Shown in pieces: positions 25,869 through 36,129 of a stretch of 55,266 nt of DNA. The position numbers were made by a program, and so were the translations under genes. The first letter of the stretch is position 1. The number at the start of each line of letters is the position of its first letter. The notes under the pieces were generated by a model. It made no database searches, was not told the origin of the DNA, and saw nothing but the letters and a program-made list of their open reading frames with translations. This DNA is from a virus: the IMG/VR virus record IMGVR_UViG_3300037244_000023; one strand, written 5' to 3'.

Positions 25869-28800
25869 TATTCCTTCCCCTCCCCTTGCTTGTCTTCACC
25901 AGCCATGGGATCGAAGCCAAGCTCGATGACGCGCACAACCCCATCCCCACAACCCTCCACAGAGCAAGAGAAGCCCCAGGAACCGGGCGGCAACAGGATA
26001 CGGGATGGGTGGATGGGGCTTTCGGAAAGGGTCAATGTGGTGGCAGTCGCACCAGTAGCCATGGTCTGAAGCGCACCATCAATGAATACCCGAATCTGGT
26101 GAGTCCCAGACCCATTTAAACGAACCTCGCGCCACCGCTTCCGCATGGAGGGCGCACCGGCAGTTACCTCGGAAGTCCTCCAGCGCATCGGCACGTTCTG
26201 CCCGAAGGTGGGGTTAAAGCGGTAGATTGCTTGGGTGGAAACAGATATCTGCGCGGTGAAACTTGCATTAAATTGGCTTTCGGATATGGCTAAGTTTGTT
26301 TGATTTGATGGGTCATTATATGGGTCAATCGTCAACAGTGCATAGCATTCACCCGTGCTGGAGACATGCATATCAGTCGGCTTGAACCCAAGAGTGGTAA
26401 TTGGGTAATTTGGCAGAACAAACGCAAGTTGTGCAATCCCAAGATCAACACACCAACACGGGTTGCCTTGGAACTCATTTGTGGGGCTATTTGCGAAATA
26501 CAGGTAATACTTATTCTGCCAAACAAAACTTCGGGCTTCATAGATCAGGCCGGTGAGCGGCTTATCCTTGGCGGTTACAAGCCCAAACCCATCAGCGGCG
26601 GGGATCGGGTTCATCCCAATATCCAATAGCGCACCATATGCGCTGGTATGATCCGTAGTAAACCACCAGAAGTTCTGAGCGGTAATCCCACCAATGAATG
26701 CACTAGGTTCAGTCATCAACCGATAAGGGATGAACCGCTCGGTGATGCTGGATGCGGTCATGCCATGAATCATCATCAACCCGCGCTTGGCTAGATAGAT
26801 GATGTGCTCACCAAGCACCCTAGGGCTATAAGGGGCAATACATCCACTTGCCATCAACTGCGTCATACTTATCTGACCAGGGAGGAACCCGTCCAGTCGG
26901 TAGACCCCATTTTCGCAGAACACATAAATACCACCACCATAAGCCAGGATCGCTTGAGGGGGGAAGGCAAATGACTGAACGTAGATTCCAGGCCAAGCAT
27001 CGGGTTCGCTGGTGGGGGTCCACCTGACGGTATTCCCGTCAATCATAAACAACATGCCGTTGTAAAGCTGGGGGCAATACCCGTTGGGGGGAGGCGGCTG
27101 GAAGGAAACTACCCCGCCCGTCACCACATCGTTGTAGAAAGTGGGGATACTAAGGCCAAGGCCGGTCACGCCCACGGTATCAGTATAGGAAGTCACCGTA
27201 ATGGGTTGTTGGCTAACCAGATTGAAAGTAGCCCCAGCATCACCAGCACGGTAGATATTCCAATATTTGTAATATCCATTGTTGGGGACATCATACAGCG
27301 AACCAATAGTGACAGGAGTATATTGTGGGGATTGAGCAGGTGTATAAATATTCAGGAAATTAGGGACGGTAAACAAACTCAATGAATCTTGGTAATAAGT
27401 GGCAACCCCAATCATATTGTTGTACTGGGCAGATGTGATATTTATCACATCCTGGTCAACCCCCGCCCAGCCAGGGGTACCGATAATAATTGCCCCTGCC
27501 GAAGATAGGGTGGCGGGGCTGGTAGTGAAAGTCCCAGCAAGATAGTTCCCCTCCACATTTAACTGGTAATAATAAATTTTATAAGAAGTTGCACCGGGGA
27601 TGCTTGGGAAAGTAACCTGTATATTACTAACACCACCAAGGGTTATAGGCGCATACGCGGAGTCACTAATGATAGTTGTGCCATTTAGCGCCTGAACCAT
27701 AATATAATAGGTTCCAGCAGAGAATGCAGCACCACCAACAGCAGCAAGGGTTGGTGCGGTTGTGGCGCTGACAGGAGAAACCCCAACAAAGGGGCTTGCA
27801 GCAAGGTAAATGGCTGAGGGGAGAGTGGTCATCCCTGCCGAGGCAGGGACCGCTTCGGACATCACAATGATCTGGCCCATGGAAGTGGCACTTGGGTTTT
27901 CCCAAGAAATAGGAGCGGAAGTGTTGATGGGATTGTAAATAATGCCGGTCTGGTTTGAAGCTGGGAATTTGGCAATGGTCGGGTATGAATTGGATGCATA
28001 ATCGTTGATGTCAGTGAATATGGCTGTTTGCCCTTGGATGATCCCAACAACTTGATACACAGTCCCATTATACCGGACTATGACATATCCAGTTGCACCA
28101 TTGACACCAGCCCATGAAATAGTTACTGCGCTTGTTGATCCCGCCGTAACAACAATTAATGAAGGGGATACGGCGGTAGTGATTGGGAGAGTCGCGGGAT
28201 AGCCAGTTATCCCCGTTACGGTTCCCCTGACCGCGCAAATCGCATATTGGTATGTCCCGGCAGGAATGGCCCCACCTGTGGCGGAATTGAGGACAAGTGC
28301 GGGGGTAGTAGGGTTAACCAATGCTGTCGGGATGCTGAATGCGTAGGGGGTCGCGGTAGGGTCATTGGCGAAGACCAATTTCATCCCATTCACCCACCAG
28401 GGGGAATTGAAAGCAGTCAACCCAAGACTCAAAACCGCATCTGCACCAGTATATGTTATCCCAAGAATCGTATAATTCGGAAAGATATTGCTTGACCCAA
28501 GAGTTAACCCAGAATATTGAGTAGAAGTAGCATAGAACCCATCTGCATTCGGGTTTCTGGTAATGGTTCTGACAAAACTGGAACTGGTGGTATTTGAAAT
28601 GGGGCTTGGGCCGCTTTCATCCGGCATCGTCCCAACATCACGGGTATAGGTGTAAACATAGGTTATTGGGTTAAGCGGCTGGTAATTGACAGCATACGCG
28701 CCAGAAGGGGAATTGCTCCCAGAATCAGTGACAGCCACGGCCCCAGCGCCAAGGGTGAACAGGGTTTGCTCTGACCCTAGTATGCGGCCGAAGACAACGT

Positions 28801-29419
28801 AACCAGTCGCCAGCGCAACTGGCGTCCAGGTGAGATTGATGGTGCCTGTAGTGATGTTTACACCACCAGACTGGGGAATATTGACTATCACCGCACCAGA
28901 CGGAGGCATCACTTGCCCATTGATGATGGCGGAAATCCGGTATGAATACTGGCCCGTGCCCAGATACCCACCAGTGGTCAACACGGTGGCCAGGAAGGTC
29001 GTAGGGGTGTCGCTGGTGGTGGCGGTAATGGTGGGTGGCACGAGAGGGACGGGCGTTCCTAGCTGTGCCTGAACGCCATTAACTACCTTCTGCGGGATCA
29101 GGTGGCTTGTCACATACGTCCCAGCGGGGGCGATCAACGATTCACAGAAATAAACCCTGGTCTGGGAATTGACATATTCTCCGGTGTAGGCACGATAAAG
29201 CGCAGAGAAAAACCAATTATTTTTGAATTCCCAAATACAGGTAGTCCCAGAAGGGATACCACCAGAAATACCAATATACGGCTCAGGGAATTTGAATGGG
29301 TGCATACTCCCGCTTCTCAAGTCAATATTGTCGGCCAAAACAATATAACCTTCCGGCATCAACCGCTTTTCGGTTACAACATTGATGCCTCTTGAGAAGT
29401 CAACCTTGTAGGTTTTCAT
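25868..29419 (-). CDS. Very large tail protein (1183 aa) with several fibronectin-III-like repeats
   Basis: FN3-type signatures: INLTWTPVALATGYVVFGR, VTISWAGVNGATGYVIVRY, IQVTFPSIPGATSYKIYYY. Confidence 0.6.
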   Translation of the reverse strand: MKTYKVDFSRGINVVTEKRLMPEGYIVLADNIDLRSGSMHPFKFPEPYIGISGGIPSGTTCIWEFKNNWFFSALYRAYTGEYVNSQTRVYFCESLIAPAGTYVTSHLIPQKVVNGVQAQLGTPVPLVPPTITATTSDTPTTFLATVLTTGGYLGTGQYSYRISAIINGQVMPPSGAVIVNIPQSGGVNITTGTINLTWTPVALATGYVVFGRILGSEQTLFTLGAGAVAVTDSGSNSPSGAYAVNYQPLNPITYVYTYTRDVGTMPDESGPSPISNTTSSSFVRTITRNPNADGFYATSTQYSGLTLGSSNIFPNYTILGITYTGADAVLSLGLTAFNSPWWVNGMKLVFANDPTATPYAFSIPTALVNPTTPALVLNSATGGAIPAGTYQYAICAVRGTVTGITGYPATLPITTAVSPSLIVVTAGSTSAVTISWAGVNGATGYVIVRYNGTVYQVVGIIQGQTAIFTDINDYASNSYPTIAKFPASNQTGIIYNPINTSAPISWENPSATSMGQIIVMSEAVPASAGMTTLPSAIYLAASPFVGVSPVSATTAPTLAAVGGAAFSAGTYYIMVQALNGTTIISDSAYAPITLGGVSNIQVTFPSIPGATSYKIYYYQLNVEGNYLAGTFTTSPATLSSAGAIIIGTPGWAGVDQDVINITSAQYNNMIGVATYYQDSLSLFTVPNFLNIYTPAQSPQYTPVTIGSLYDVPNNGYYKYWNIYRAGDAGATFNLVSQQPITVTSYTDTVGVTGLGLSIPTFYNDVVTGGVVSFQPPPPNGYCPQLYNGMLFMIDGNTVRWTPTSEPDAWPGIYVQSFAFPPQAILAYGGGIYVFCENGVYRLDGFLPGQISMTQLMASGCIAPYSPRVLGEHIIYLAKRGLMMIHGMTASSITERFIPYRLMTEPSAFIGGITAQNFWWFTTDHTSAYGALLDIGMNPIPAADGFGLVTAKDKPLTGLIYEARSFVWQNKYYLYFANSPTNEFQGNPCWCVDLGIAQLAFVLPNYPITTLGFKPTDMHVSSTGECYALLTIDPYNDPSNQTNLAISESQFNASFTAQISVSTQAIYRFNPTFGQNVPMRWRTSEVTAGAPSMRKRWREVRLNGSGTHQIRVFIDGALQTMATGATATTLTLSESPIHPSRILLPPGSWGFSCSVEGCGDGVVRVIELGFDPMAGEDKQGEGKE

Positions 29420-30151
29420 CTATGCCTTCTGCTTCATGGCAATAATCATGAATGTGAAACCAGCCGCATAAGGGTTGGTACTAACCCAGATCGAGGAAGA
29501 CCATGCCATACCCACTGGGCTTTGAACCGTAAACAAAGTTTCTGTAGCAGCACCACCATTGGGAGAAGGGTAAGATGATTGGACAGCATATGCAACACAA
29601 TCGGCGGTCCCAACGGCAGTCCCATCTGGATAAGACAGGGTAAACCCGGCCACATTGGCGCTACCGGCACCCGCAACGATGGGGACATTAAGGTTGTATG
29701 GGCTTTGCGTCCCACCAAAGTTAAAATATCCAAATGCTAAGTTAGACCGAATACCTGGGACCACGATGGATGCCAGGGCATTACCAACCGCTTCGGACAC
29801 CAATGAATTCAACGCGTTCTGGAGGTTATACAAATCCAGCATGGTCGCCATAACGCTGGATTTGGAAGTGATCGTGGGGGGTACCGCAAATGGGGTATTC
29901 CCATCGGCGGTCATAATGCCGTTCAGCCCAGAAACCGCACCGGAAGTCCCCCCACCAGATAGCGGGAATAACCCAAATGCTGCTTGATCGCCAGATCCTA
30001 CAATATTCCATCCAGTATTTCCCGAATTTCTAGCGAGCCAAATTCCATCATCAGTATGCGCCCAAATACTCCCAGGTCCACCAAACCCACTAAGTGCAGA
30101 GGGGTCTTGAGAGGATGGGCTGGAATACATTTTTGCAACGGTGATGGTCAT
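29420..30151 (-). CDS. Fibre-like paralogue 3 (243 aa; lacks the N-terminal domain of paralogues 1 and 2)
   Basis: Shares MTADGNTPFAVPP, VPGIRSNLAFG, SYPDGTAVGTADC and a C-terminal FMIIAMK with the two upstream genes. Confidence 0.65.
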   Translation of the reverse strand: MTITVAKMYSSPSSQDPSALSGFGGPGSIWAHTDDGIWLARNSGNTGWNIVGSGDQAAFGLFPLSGGGTSGAVSGLNGIMTADGNTPFAVPPTITSKSSVMATMLDLYNLQNALNSLVSEAVGNALASIVVPGIRSNLAFGYFNFGGTQSPYNLNVPIVAGAGSANVAGFTLSYPDGTAVGTADCVAYAVQSSYPSPNGGAATETLFTVQSPVGMAWSSSIWVSTNPYAAGFTFMIIAMKQKA

Positions 30152-31098
30152 TGTGCGGTCGGCTTTATAGCAATGATCATATATTCAAACGTTGTGGCAA
30201 CTAGAACATTATTTGAATTATACCATGCTACCCATATCATCCCTTTGGTATCTGACATGGATAGATTCGAAATAGCACTGGTCCCACCACCATTATTCCC
30301 AATGTTGTTCATAGTGGCAAACCCATAACAATCAGAGGACTGGACAACGGTGCCGTCTTGATAGGTCAATCCCAAACTCGTTATGATTGTGTTCAAGTTG
30401 ACTGGGTTAGTTGCCCCCCCAACGGCAGGGCCAGCAGTCCCAAATGCGAACACGATATTTGCTCTCAGCCCAGGAGAAGGGATCACACTAATAGACTGTG
30501 CGGTTATGGTTTGAATCAACCCGACCAAATAAGATTGCAGCGCATTAATGTCTGCGATGGTTGCAATAATACTGTTTTGTGCCAATGATTCGGGAGGTTT
30601 AGTAATAGCAGTTGTCCCATCGGCAGTCACCAGAGTTGTTCCAAGGATAGCGCCACTCATGGCCCCCCCAGACTGGGCTAACATCCCCAGCCCAATTTGG
30701 TCGCCATAACCCATGGGAACCCATGCGGTCCCTGCTTTATTTCTTATGAGATACAGATTTGTATCCGTTTGATACCATACATTACCCCCACCAGTTTCCT
30801 GATATATGCTATTCCCCAGGGTGTTATACATTGTTTGGCTAGAAAGAGCCCCAGGGATCGTTGATAACTGATAAAACCCAACACCCCCAGCGGTCCCCGA
30901 TATTTGCCAAAGAACGATGGTTCCAGTGGCAATCCCTGATCCAGAGACGGGCTGGCCAGGAAGGATGGGTAGCGCAGAAGCAACCGACACATTAATGACA
31001 GACCCAGAACATGAAGCTGTAAAGTAATAATAAGGGTAGACTCCAGCAGGGTCAGTGTTGGATGGACTTTGATAGATGTAACCTAAAACTATTGCCAT
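30148..31098 (-). CDS. Fibre-like paralogue 2 (316 aa)
   Basis: Shares LPILPGQPVSG, VTADGTTAITKPP, SPGLRANIVFAFG, TYQDGTVVQSSDCYGFA and a C-terminal YMIIAIKPTA. Confidence 0.65.
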   Translation of the reverse strand: MAIVLGYIYQSPSNTDPAGVYPYYYFTASCSGSVINVSVASALPILPGQPVSGSGIATGTIVLWQISGTAGGVGFYQLSTIPGALSSQTMYNTLGNSIYQETGGGNVWYQTDTNLYLIRNKAGTAWVPMGYGDQIGLGMLAQSGGAMSGAILGTTLVTADGTTAITKPPESLAQNSIIATIADINALQSYLVGLIQTITAQSISVIPSPGLRANIVFAFGTAGPAVGGATNPVNLNTIITSLGLTYQDGTVVQSSDCYGFATMNNIGNNGGGTSAISNLSMSDTKGMIWVAWYNSNNVLVATTFEYMIIAIKPTAQ

Positions 31099-31099
31099 T

Positions 31100-32062
31100 T
31101 TATGCCGTTGGTTTGATTGCGATGACCATGTAGTTCATTAGATATGAATATATTGCACCACCACCCATAAATTGCGAATATGCTGCCCATGACATTCCAT
31201 TAGATCCTGCTTGTGGTTGGCAATAGGTCATTTCTTCAATTCCACTGCCAAAATAATGCCATGTTGCGATAGATGCAAATCCATAACAATCGGATGCGTT
31301 TACCACAGTCCCATCTGGATAAGTCATCCCAGTTACAGGGATCGAGTAATAGACAAGCGTAGTCCCACCCTGAAGACCAATCTGGCCAAACCCAAATGCC
31401 ATACTGGAACGAATACCAGGAACACCAATTTGTTGTATTGATGCGTTTACCTGCGTGTTAATCTGGGAAACCAAGGATGATTCAATATTATCAATATCTG
31501 CTAGAGTCGCAGCCCGGCTTAACTTACTGGTTACATAGGGAGGCGCGGTAAAGGGGGTATTCCCATCAGCGGTCAACAGGCCATTGGAACCAGTCATCGC
31601 AGAAGAAAGTGTTCCCCCGGAACGAGGCAGTAGCCCAAAATTAGGTAGTTCAGATGATCCAATAAGATTCCACCCATTATTAGCTGTATTTCGATTATAA
31701 AGATTGTGTTGATTCCAGTCGTAGAATAAAGACCCAGGACCGGCTTGCCCAAATTGGCTAAGGGTTATCTGCATGGTTTCGCTAGGGATGGGATCACTTA
31801 TGACGCTAAGCGCATAAGTCCCAAGATTGCCCGTCCCACTTGCCCCGTTTGTGCCATATGGCAGTACCTGTGCCCCAAATGGCATGGATTCCCCAGTAAC
31901 GGTTTGCCCTGGTAGAATCGGAACGGTCCCCCCACCAGATAGAAATGTCACGTTCAAAAGATTGCTGACACCAGGGGAAGATGCCGTCATGGTATTAACC
32001 AACGCTGGGTCAAATGAGGGGCTAGTCCCTACGCTCAGGAAAATACTAGAAGGGTTGATCAC
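31100..32062 (-). CDS. Fibre-like paralogue 1 (320 aa)
   Basis: Shares VPILPGQTVTG, LTADGNTPFTAPP, VPGIRSSMAFGFG, TYPDGTVVNASDCYGFA and a C-terminal YMVIAIKPTA. Confidence 0.65.
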   Translation of the reverse strand: MINPSSIFLSVGTSPSFDPALVNTMTASSPGVSNLLNVTFLSGGGTVPILPGQTVTGESMPFGAQVLPYGTNGASGTGNLGTYALSVISDPIPSETMQITLSQFGQAGPGSLFYDWNQHNLYNRNTANNGWNLIGSSELPNFGLLPRSGGTLSSAMTGSNGLLTADGNTPFTAPPYVTSKLSRAATLADIDNIESSLVSQINTQVNASIQQIGVPGIRSSMAFGFGQIGLQGGTTLVYYSIPVTGMTYPDGTVVNASDCYGFASIATWHYFGSGIEEMTYCQPQAGSNGMSWAAYSQFMGGGAIYSYLMNYMVIAIKPTA

Positions 32063-32838
32063 TGGGAAATGGACTTAGATTGTAGCAATTGGGTGAATGT
32101 ATCCATATACATCTTGGCAGTTGCAAGAGAAGTAGTATCACTCTGGTCCATGGCAAGTAGCCATGAAGCGGCTGCATACTTAACATATTGTTGAACGCGA
32201 TCTGGGATTCTGTTATCAATATAGTCTGAAGGGTTCGACAATAATGCAGGTTGCTGGATGTAACCAACAGTCAAATATCCATTTAGGGTAGAAGATGTTT
32301 GCTGTTGAAAAGGTTGGGGAAAAACAATGATACGAGATGAGTCATAGAAATCCCATCGTTGGGGTATCCCATACTGCGTACGCCAGTTAGGGTTATACAG
32401 GTCTTCTTGTTCAATCGTGGTCTTATTTAGCGGGATGGTTGCGTTGATGAATGGTGGGTAAGATGGCCATAGCCCATAGTTAAGATTGCCATAGCCAAAT
32501 AGACACGCTTTGATTTCAATATAATCAGTCAGGTCGTAATTAGTGGTCCCATCAGGGTATAGCCCATAAAGGCTGAAAGGAATCCAAGGTGGGATCAGTG
32601 TTGAATTTTGATCACCAACAAAATTTGGCGTATATGCGTATGCAGGGCCATTATATGTTTGGGGGATGATCACATCAATATAGGTATACCCCATCAAGGT
32701 GTTCATTTCTTTGATGGCATAATTGATGGCATCATTCAACTGTGCTGTGGAAAATCGAGTCCCGCTAAAATCTCCCAGCAACCCCTGAAGATCGGTCTGG
32801 AGTTGTGAGAGTTGATAGTTCGTGCTGGGAGTTGACAT
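32059..32838 (-). CDS. Virion structural protein (259 aa; adaptor/tail candidate)
   Basis: Lies between the head and fibre genes and has overlapping start and stop codons. Confidence 0.45.
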   Translation of the reverse strand: MSTPSTNYQLSQLQTDLQGLLGDFSGTRFSTAQLNDAINYAIKEMNTLMGYTYIDVIIPQTYNGPAYAYTPNFVGDQNSTLIPPWIPFSLYGLYPDGTTNYDLTDYIEIKACLFGYGNLNYGLWPSYPPFINATIPLNKTTIEQEDLYNPNWRTQYGIPQRWDFYDSSRIIVFPQPFQQQTSSTLNGYLTVGYIQQPALLSNPSDYIDNRIPDRVQQYVKYAAASWLLAMDQSDTTSLATAKMYMDTFTQLLQSKSISQ

Positions 32839-34175
32839 TAATTAGGCCCCGGCATCAGTGTTGGGTTATATGCGAAGGGGAAGTATCGATTACCACGACC
32901 ACCAAAGAGAGGAGCGCGGTACTTAGGGGAGCCGCCTGTCCCCAACGCACCCATAGCACGAAGGGCGCTGGTGTTCCGGTCGTATTCTGCACGGCGGTTT
33001 TCCGCTAGGATCAAGTTCTGTTCCTTTCCTGGAACGGAAAGCCAATCTGCCAACGCCCCATTGATGATGGCTTCGTGGGCTTCATCGGGAAGATTCAACA
33101 CCACATCAGCGATATCGCCAGTGGGGAGGGCATTGTAGGTGATTTCAATGGCAGTTTGATAGCCCTGCGTGGGGTATAGATCCAGGATCACCCCAGCGTA
33201 TTGGGTAAAGGTAGGATTGGCAACCGTAACCCCAGAAACAGCGCCAATGGTAGTCTGCATCTGACCTTGCCGCTGGCTCCATGATCCCGCCTTGGTGATA
33301 TTGGTCATGGTGGTGCCAGAGGTTTGGCTAGAGTTCCAGGATGACTTGGGCCGATTGGTATAAAGTTGTGTGGTCTGCCAATTCACTTGGCGCAGCGTGT
33401 CATAGTTTTCCAGCGGGGTTACGCTCCAGGTAGACCCGTTGGACTGTAGGACATCACCACCCTTGCAGGTTAAAGTACCAGTATTTACTGGACCCTGATA
33501 AACGATATAGAAAGCACCATTCACCATATCAGTTGCATCAGGAACGGGGTTGCTGGTCATATTGGTAGAAACGCTCACCGTCCCCAGGTTGGTGTTGGAT
33601 AAGGTATAAGGGCTAGAAGTACCAGCAGAGATGTAGGGCGGGGCCGTACCCGCGTAACTGGGCAAATAAACATATTGACCAACATTCAATGCACCAGCAG
33701 AAACACTTTGGACGGTCAATTGATTACCAGCGATAGTGGCTTTGAATGCGGCATTCCCAGTGGCGAATGCCCACCCCGCAAAGGTTCCGATAGAGAAGAA
33801 AGGCAGCGTCACCGTCCTAACCTGAAGAACCCGGATGACTTCCGCCGAGGTCTTCTGGTTAGGGGCTGTGTTGATTCCACTCAGGTCATCAGGGGTTGAT
33901 CCATCCCAAGTGGTTGGCAAAATCAGTTTATTGGAGTCCGATGGAAGTAGGTAATTGGGCAATCCTGCATTCCAGTATGGGATTCTACTGGTCAACAGAA
34001 TTTGGTTTACAACGTTCCCTATCGGATAAACCGTGGTGATGACTTGGCCAAGTTGCGATTCGCGGAATACCTGCTTGGCAGCTTCCTGAAGCAATCGTTC
34101 TGCAAGCCCAAGGTCGAGATCAGGGCGCATATATGAAATATGGAGGACCATATCCCTGATCGTCAGGTTTGCCAT
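32838..34175 (-). CDS. Virion structural protein (445 aa)
   Basis: Lies downstream of the capsid module. Confidence 0.45.
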   Translation of the reverse strand: MANLTIRDMVLHISYMRPDLDLGLAERLLQEAAKQVFRESQLGQVITTVYPIGNVVNQILLTSRIPYWNAGLPNYLLPSDSNKLILPTTWDGSTPDDLSGINTAPNQKTSAEVIRVLQVRTVTLPFFSIGTFAGWAFATGNAAFKATIAGNQLTVQSVSAGALNVGQYVYLPSYAGTAPPYISAGTSSPYTLSNTNLGTVSVSTNMTSNPVPDATDMVNGAFYIVYQGPVNTGTLTCKGGDVLQSNGSTWSVTPLENYDTLRQVNWQTTQLYTNRPKSSWNSSQTSGTTMTNITKAGSWSQRQGQMQTTIGAVSGVTVANPTFTQYAGVILDLYPTQGYQTAIEITYNALPTGDIADVVLNLPDEAHEAIINGALADWLSVPGKEQNLILAENRRAEYDRNTSALRAMGALGTGGSPKYRAPLFGGRGNRYFPFAYNPTLMPGPN

Positions 34176-34181
34176 GGTTTA

Positions 34182-34616
34182 CTATCCTTTGATGGGAAAC
34201 TCGTCAGCCCTGGCACGAATAACCAAGGCGGTCTGCTTTTGAAGAATCTGGAGGATTAGATCCCTTCGCCGGATGCCCTTGACATCATACAAGCGACCAA
34301 TTTCCTGCAACTTACGCATGTTGCACCCCTCAAGCTCTCGCTCTGTGTAAACGGGACGCCGTTCGGAACCTTCATCACCGTCAACCTCAACAGTGTTCTG
34401 CTCATGTTCATCCATGATCAGGGTAAATTCCGGCTGGGTTCCCTCAGAACGCATCTTGGCCTGATAATACAGGATGTCCCACTTGGCACGGGGGTCAAGA
34501 TTTCTCAGGAAAGAGTGCCCGGTCCAGTTGTTGATGATTTCCTTGCAGTCCCGGCATTCCAACTTGATTTCTGCGGGCGGATACTGAGTATCCATGGTTA
34601 CAGTAGCTTGCGGCAT
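34182..34616 (-). CDS. Hypothetical protein with a C-terminal Rho-N/SAP-like helical motif
   Basis: Contains MRKLQEIGRLYDVKGIRRRDLILQILQKQ. Confidence 0.45.
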   Translation of the reverse strand: MPQATVTMDTQYPPAEIKLECRDCKEIINNWTGHSFLRNLDPRAKWDILYYQAKMRSEGTQPEFTLIMDEHEQNTVEVDGDEGSERRPVYTERELEGCNMRKLQEIGRLYDVKGIRRRDLILQILQKQTALVIRARADEFPIKG

Positions 34617-34689
34617 GGGTTAACCTCTTTGAAGTTGATGGGAGAATGCGGGGGCCGTGTCGCGCACGATCATAAGCCCCCGCGATTGT

Positions 34690-35613
34690 TTAGTTAAGAC
34701 AGGCGCTGATTTCAACCAGAAGCCAGGGCTTCGTCACCAGGAACCCGAAGAAGTTCTGGCAGCGGGTGCCGATACCGAACTTATTGGGCAGGATGATGTC
34801 GGCCTGGACATTGGTGAACTTGGTGGCCATGGTGGTCGCTTCAGGATGCCCCGCAACGGCCAGGTAGGGGGAACCGCTGGTACCGGCACCAGGGACAAAC
34901 GGACTCTGGAGCACGTTGAAGCCATTGATGTAGGCCAGGAAGCCCTCATAAAGAGCACCCTTGGGGATGCCCGCATTCAGCGCATAGAACGCGGGGTTGG
35001 CAGTCAGGCCGAGCCTCATGTTGGGGTGGATGACCAGATAGCGGTCTTCCCACGGGGCAACGTCAATGCCGTTACCAGCACCAACGTCAAGGTACTGAGA
35101 AGCCTGGGCAACCGCAGTCACAGCGTTGGTGTAAGGCTGAGTGGCGGAAATACCAGACTGCCAAGCAGTAGTCGCGCCGGTGGTGAGGGTGATCACGTTG
35201 GCTGCGGAAGCGTAAACAGAACCCAGAATGGTGGATTCAATCGCCATACGCAGTTTATTGATCATTTCGTTGATCAGTGCGCCTTCCATGTCAACGTCAA
35301 TCGCGGAGCGATCAACGTCAGTCACCCAGTATGCACCGTTAAACGCATAGTTGATGACAAGCTGGAGGGCAGACGCCTGGATGGACTGCCAGTTCACATC
35401 ACCATCGTTGGTGGCCGCACTGACAACCACATCAGGGATCTGACGCAGGTTGACCGTGGTGCCTGGTCCGAGGATGTCCCCTTCCCAGTTCGTATTGCAC
35501 ATGTAGTTGGTGATACTACCGGCATAGAACTTCTGGATGAACTGCAAGGGGTAAAGCTGGGGCTTGAAGGCAGAAAGGTTGTTGAAAGCACTACCAGTGA
35601 TGTTGCCAGCCAT
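34690..35613 (-). CDS. Major capsid protein (P22-coat-like)
   Basis: Contains NTNWEGDILGPGTTVNLRQIPDV (compare the coat-family y/f-eG-i...GdtV-v-r-P motif). 307 aa, downstream of the scaffold gene. Confidence 0.8.
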   Translation of the reverse strand: MAGNITGSAFNNLSAFKPQLYPLQFIQKFYAGSITNYMCNTNWEGDILGPGTTVNLRQIPDVVVSAATNDGDVNWQSIQASALQLVINYAFNGAYWVTDVDRSAIDVDMEGALINEMINKLRMAIESTILGSVYASAANVITLTTGATTAWQSGISATQPYTNAVTAVAQASQYLDVGAGNGIDVAPWEDRYLVIHPNMRLGLTANPAFYALNAGIPKGALYEGFLAYINGFNVLQSPFVPGAGTSGSPYLAVAGHPEATTMATKFTNVQADIILPNKFGIGTRCQNFFGFLVTKPWLLVEISACLN

Positions 35614-35625
35614 GTTAGTTCTCCT

Positions 35626-36111
35626 TTACTCAGTCACGGGGTTGGTGTAGGGGATCAGCGAAGATGCGAGGAAACCCACATCAATCACAGCACCCGTGGC
35701 GGCAGCGGTGGTACCGAGCGTAACCAGGAGATAGTCCGAAGCCACCGGATAATACTTCCAGGTGGACGCGGCACTCAGGGTAACGCCAGTCGCAGCGGTG
35801 GAGAAGTTGGAAATATACTGGGTAACGGAACTAGAGTCACCCACGCTGACGGTGCTACTAGCCGCACCAGCGGTGATAACATACATCCAGACCGCGATGA
35901 CAAACGCGCCCTGGTCAATTACGTTGGTTCGGACCACATCCCCGGTCAGGGGGGTGAGGCCGTTCCAATCGGGGGAATTCTGCACGGTGAAAGCCCTGCG
36001 CCGAATACGAGTCGGGGGGCCTTCCCAAAGCTGTTCCTGGCGATTGTTCATGTAACCGGTGTTAGAGCCAGTAGTCAGAGGAATCGTCAGGTCGGTAACG
36101 GGGTTAGACAT
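35626..36111 (-). CDS. Small beta-rich head-associated protein (decoration candidate)
   Basis: Lies between the scaffold and coat genes and is Thr/Ser/Ala/Val-rich. Confidence 0.4.
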   Translation of the reverse strand: MSNPVTDLTIPLTTGSNTGYMNNRQEQLWEGPPTRIRRRAFTVQNSPDWNGLTPLTGDVVRTNVIDQGAFVIAVWMYVITAGAASSTVSVGDSSSVTQYISNFSTAATGVTLSAASTWKYYPVASDYLLVTLGTTAAATGAVIDVGFLASSLIPYTNPVTE

Positions 36112-36129
36112 TTCCTATCCTATGATGAA

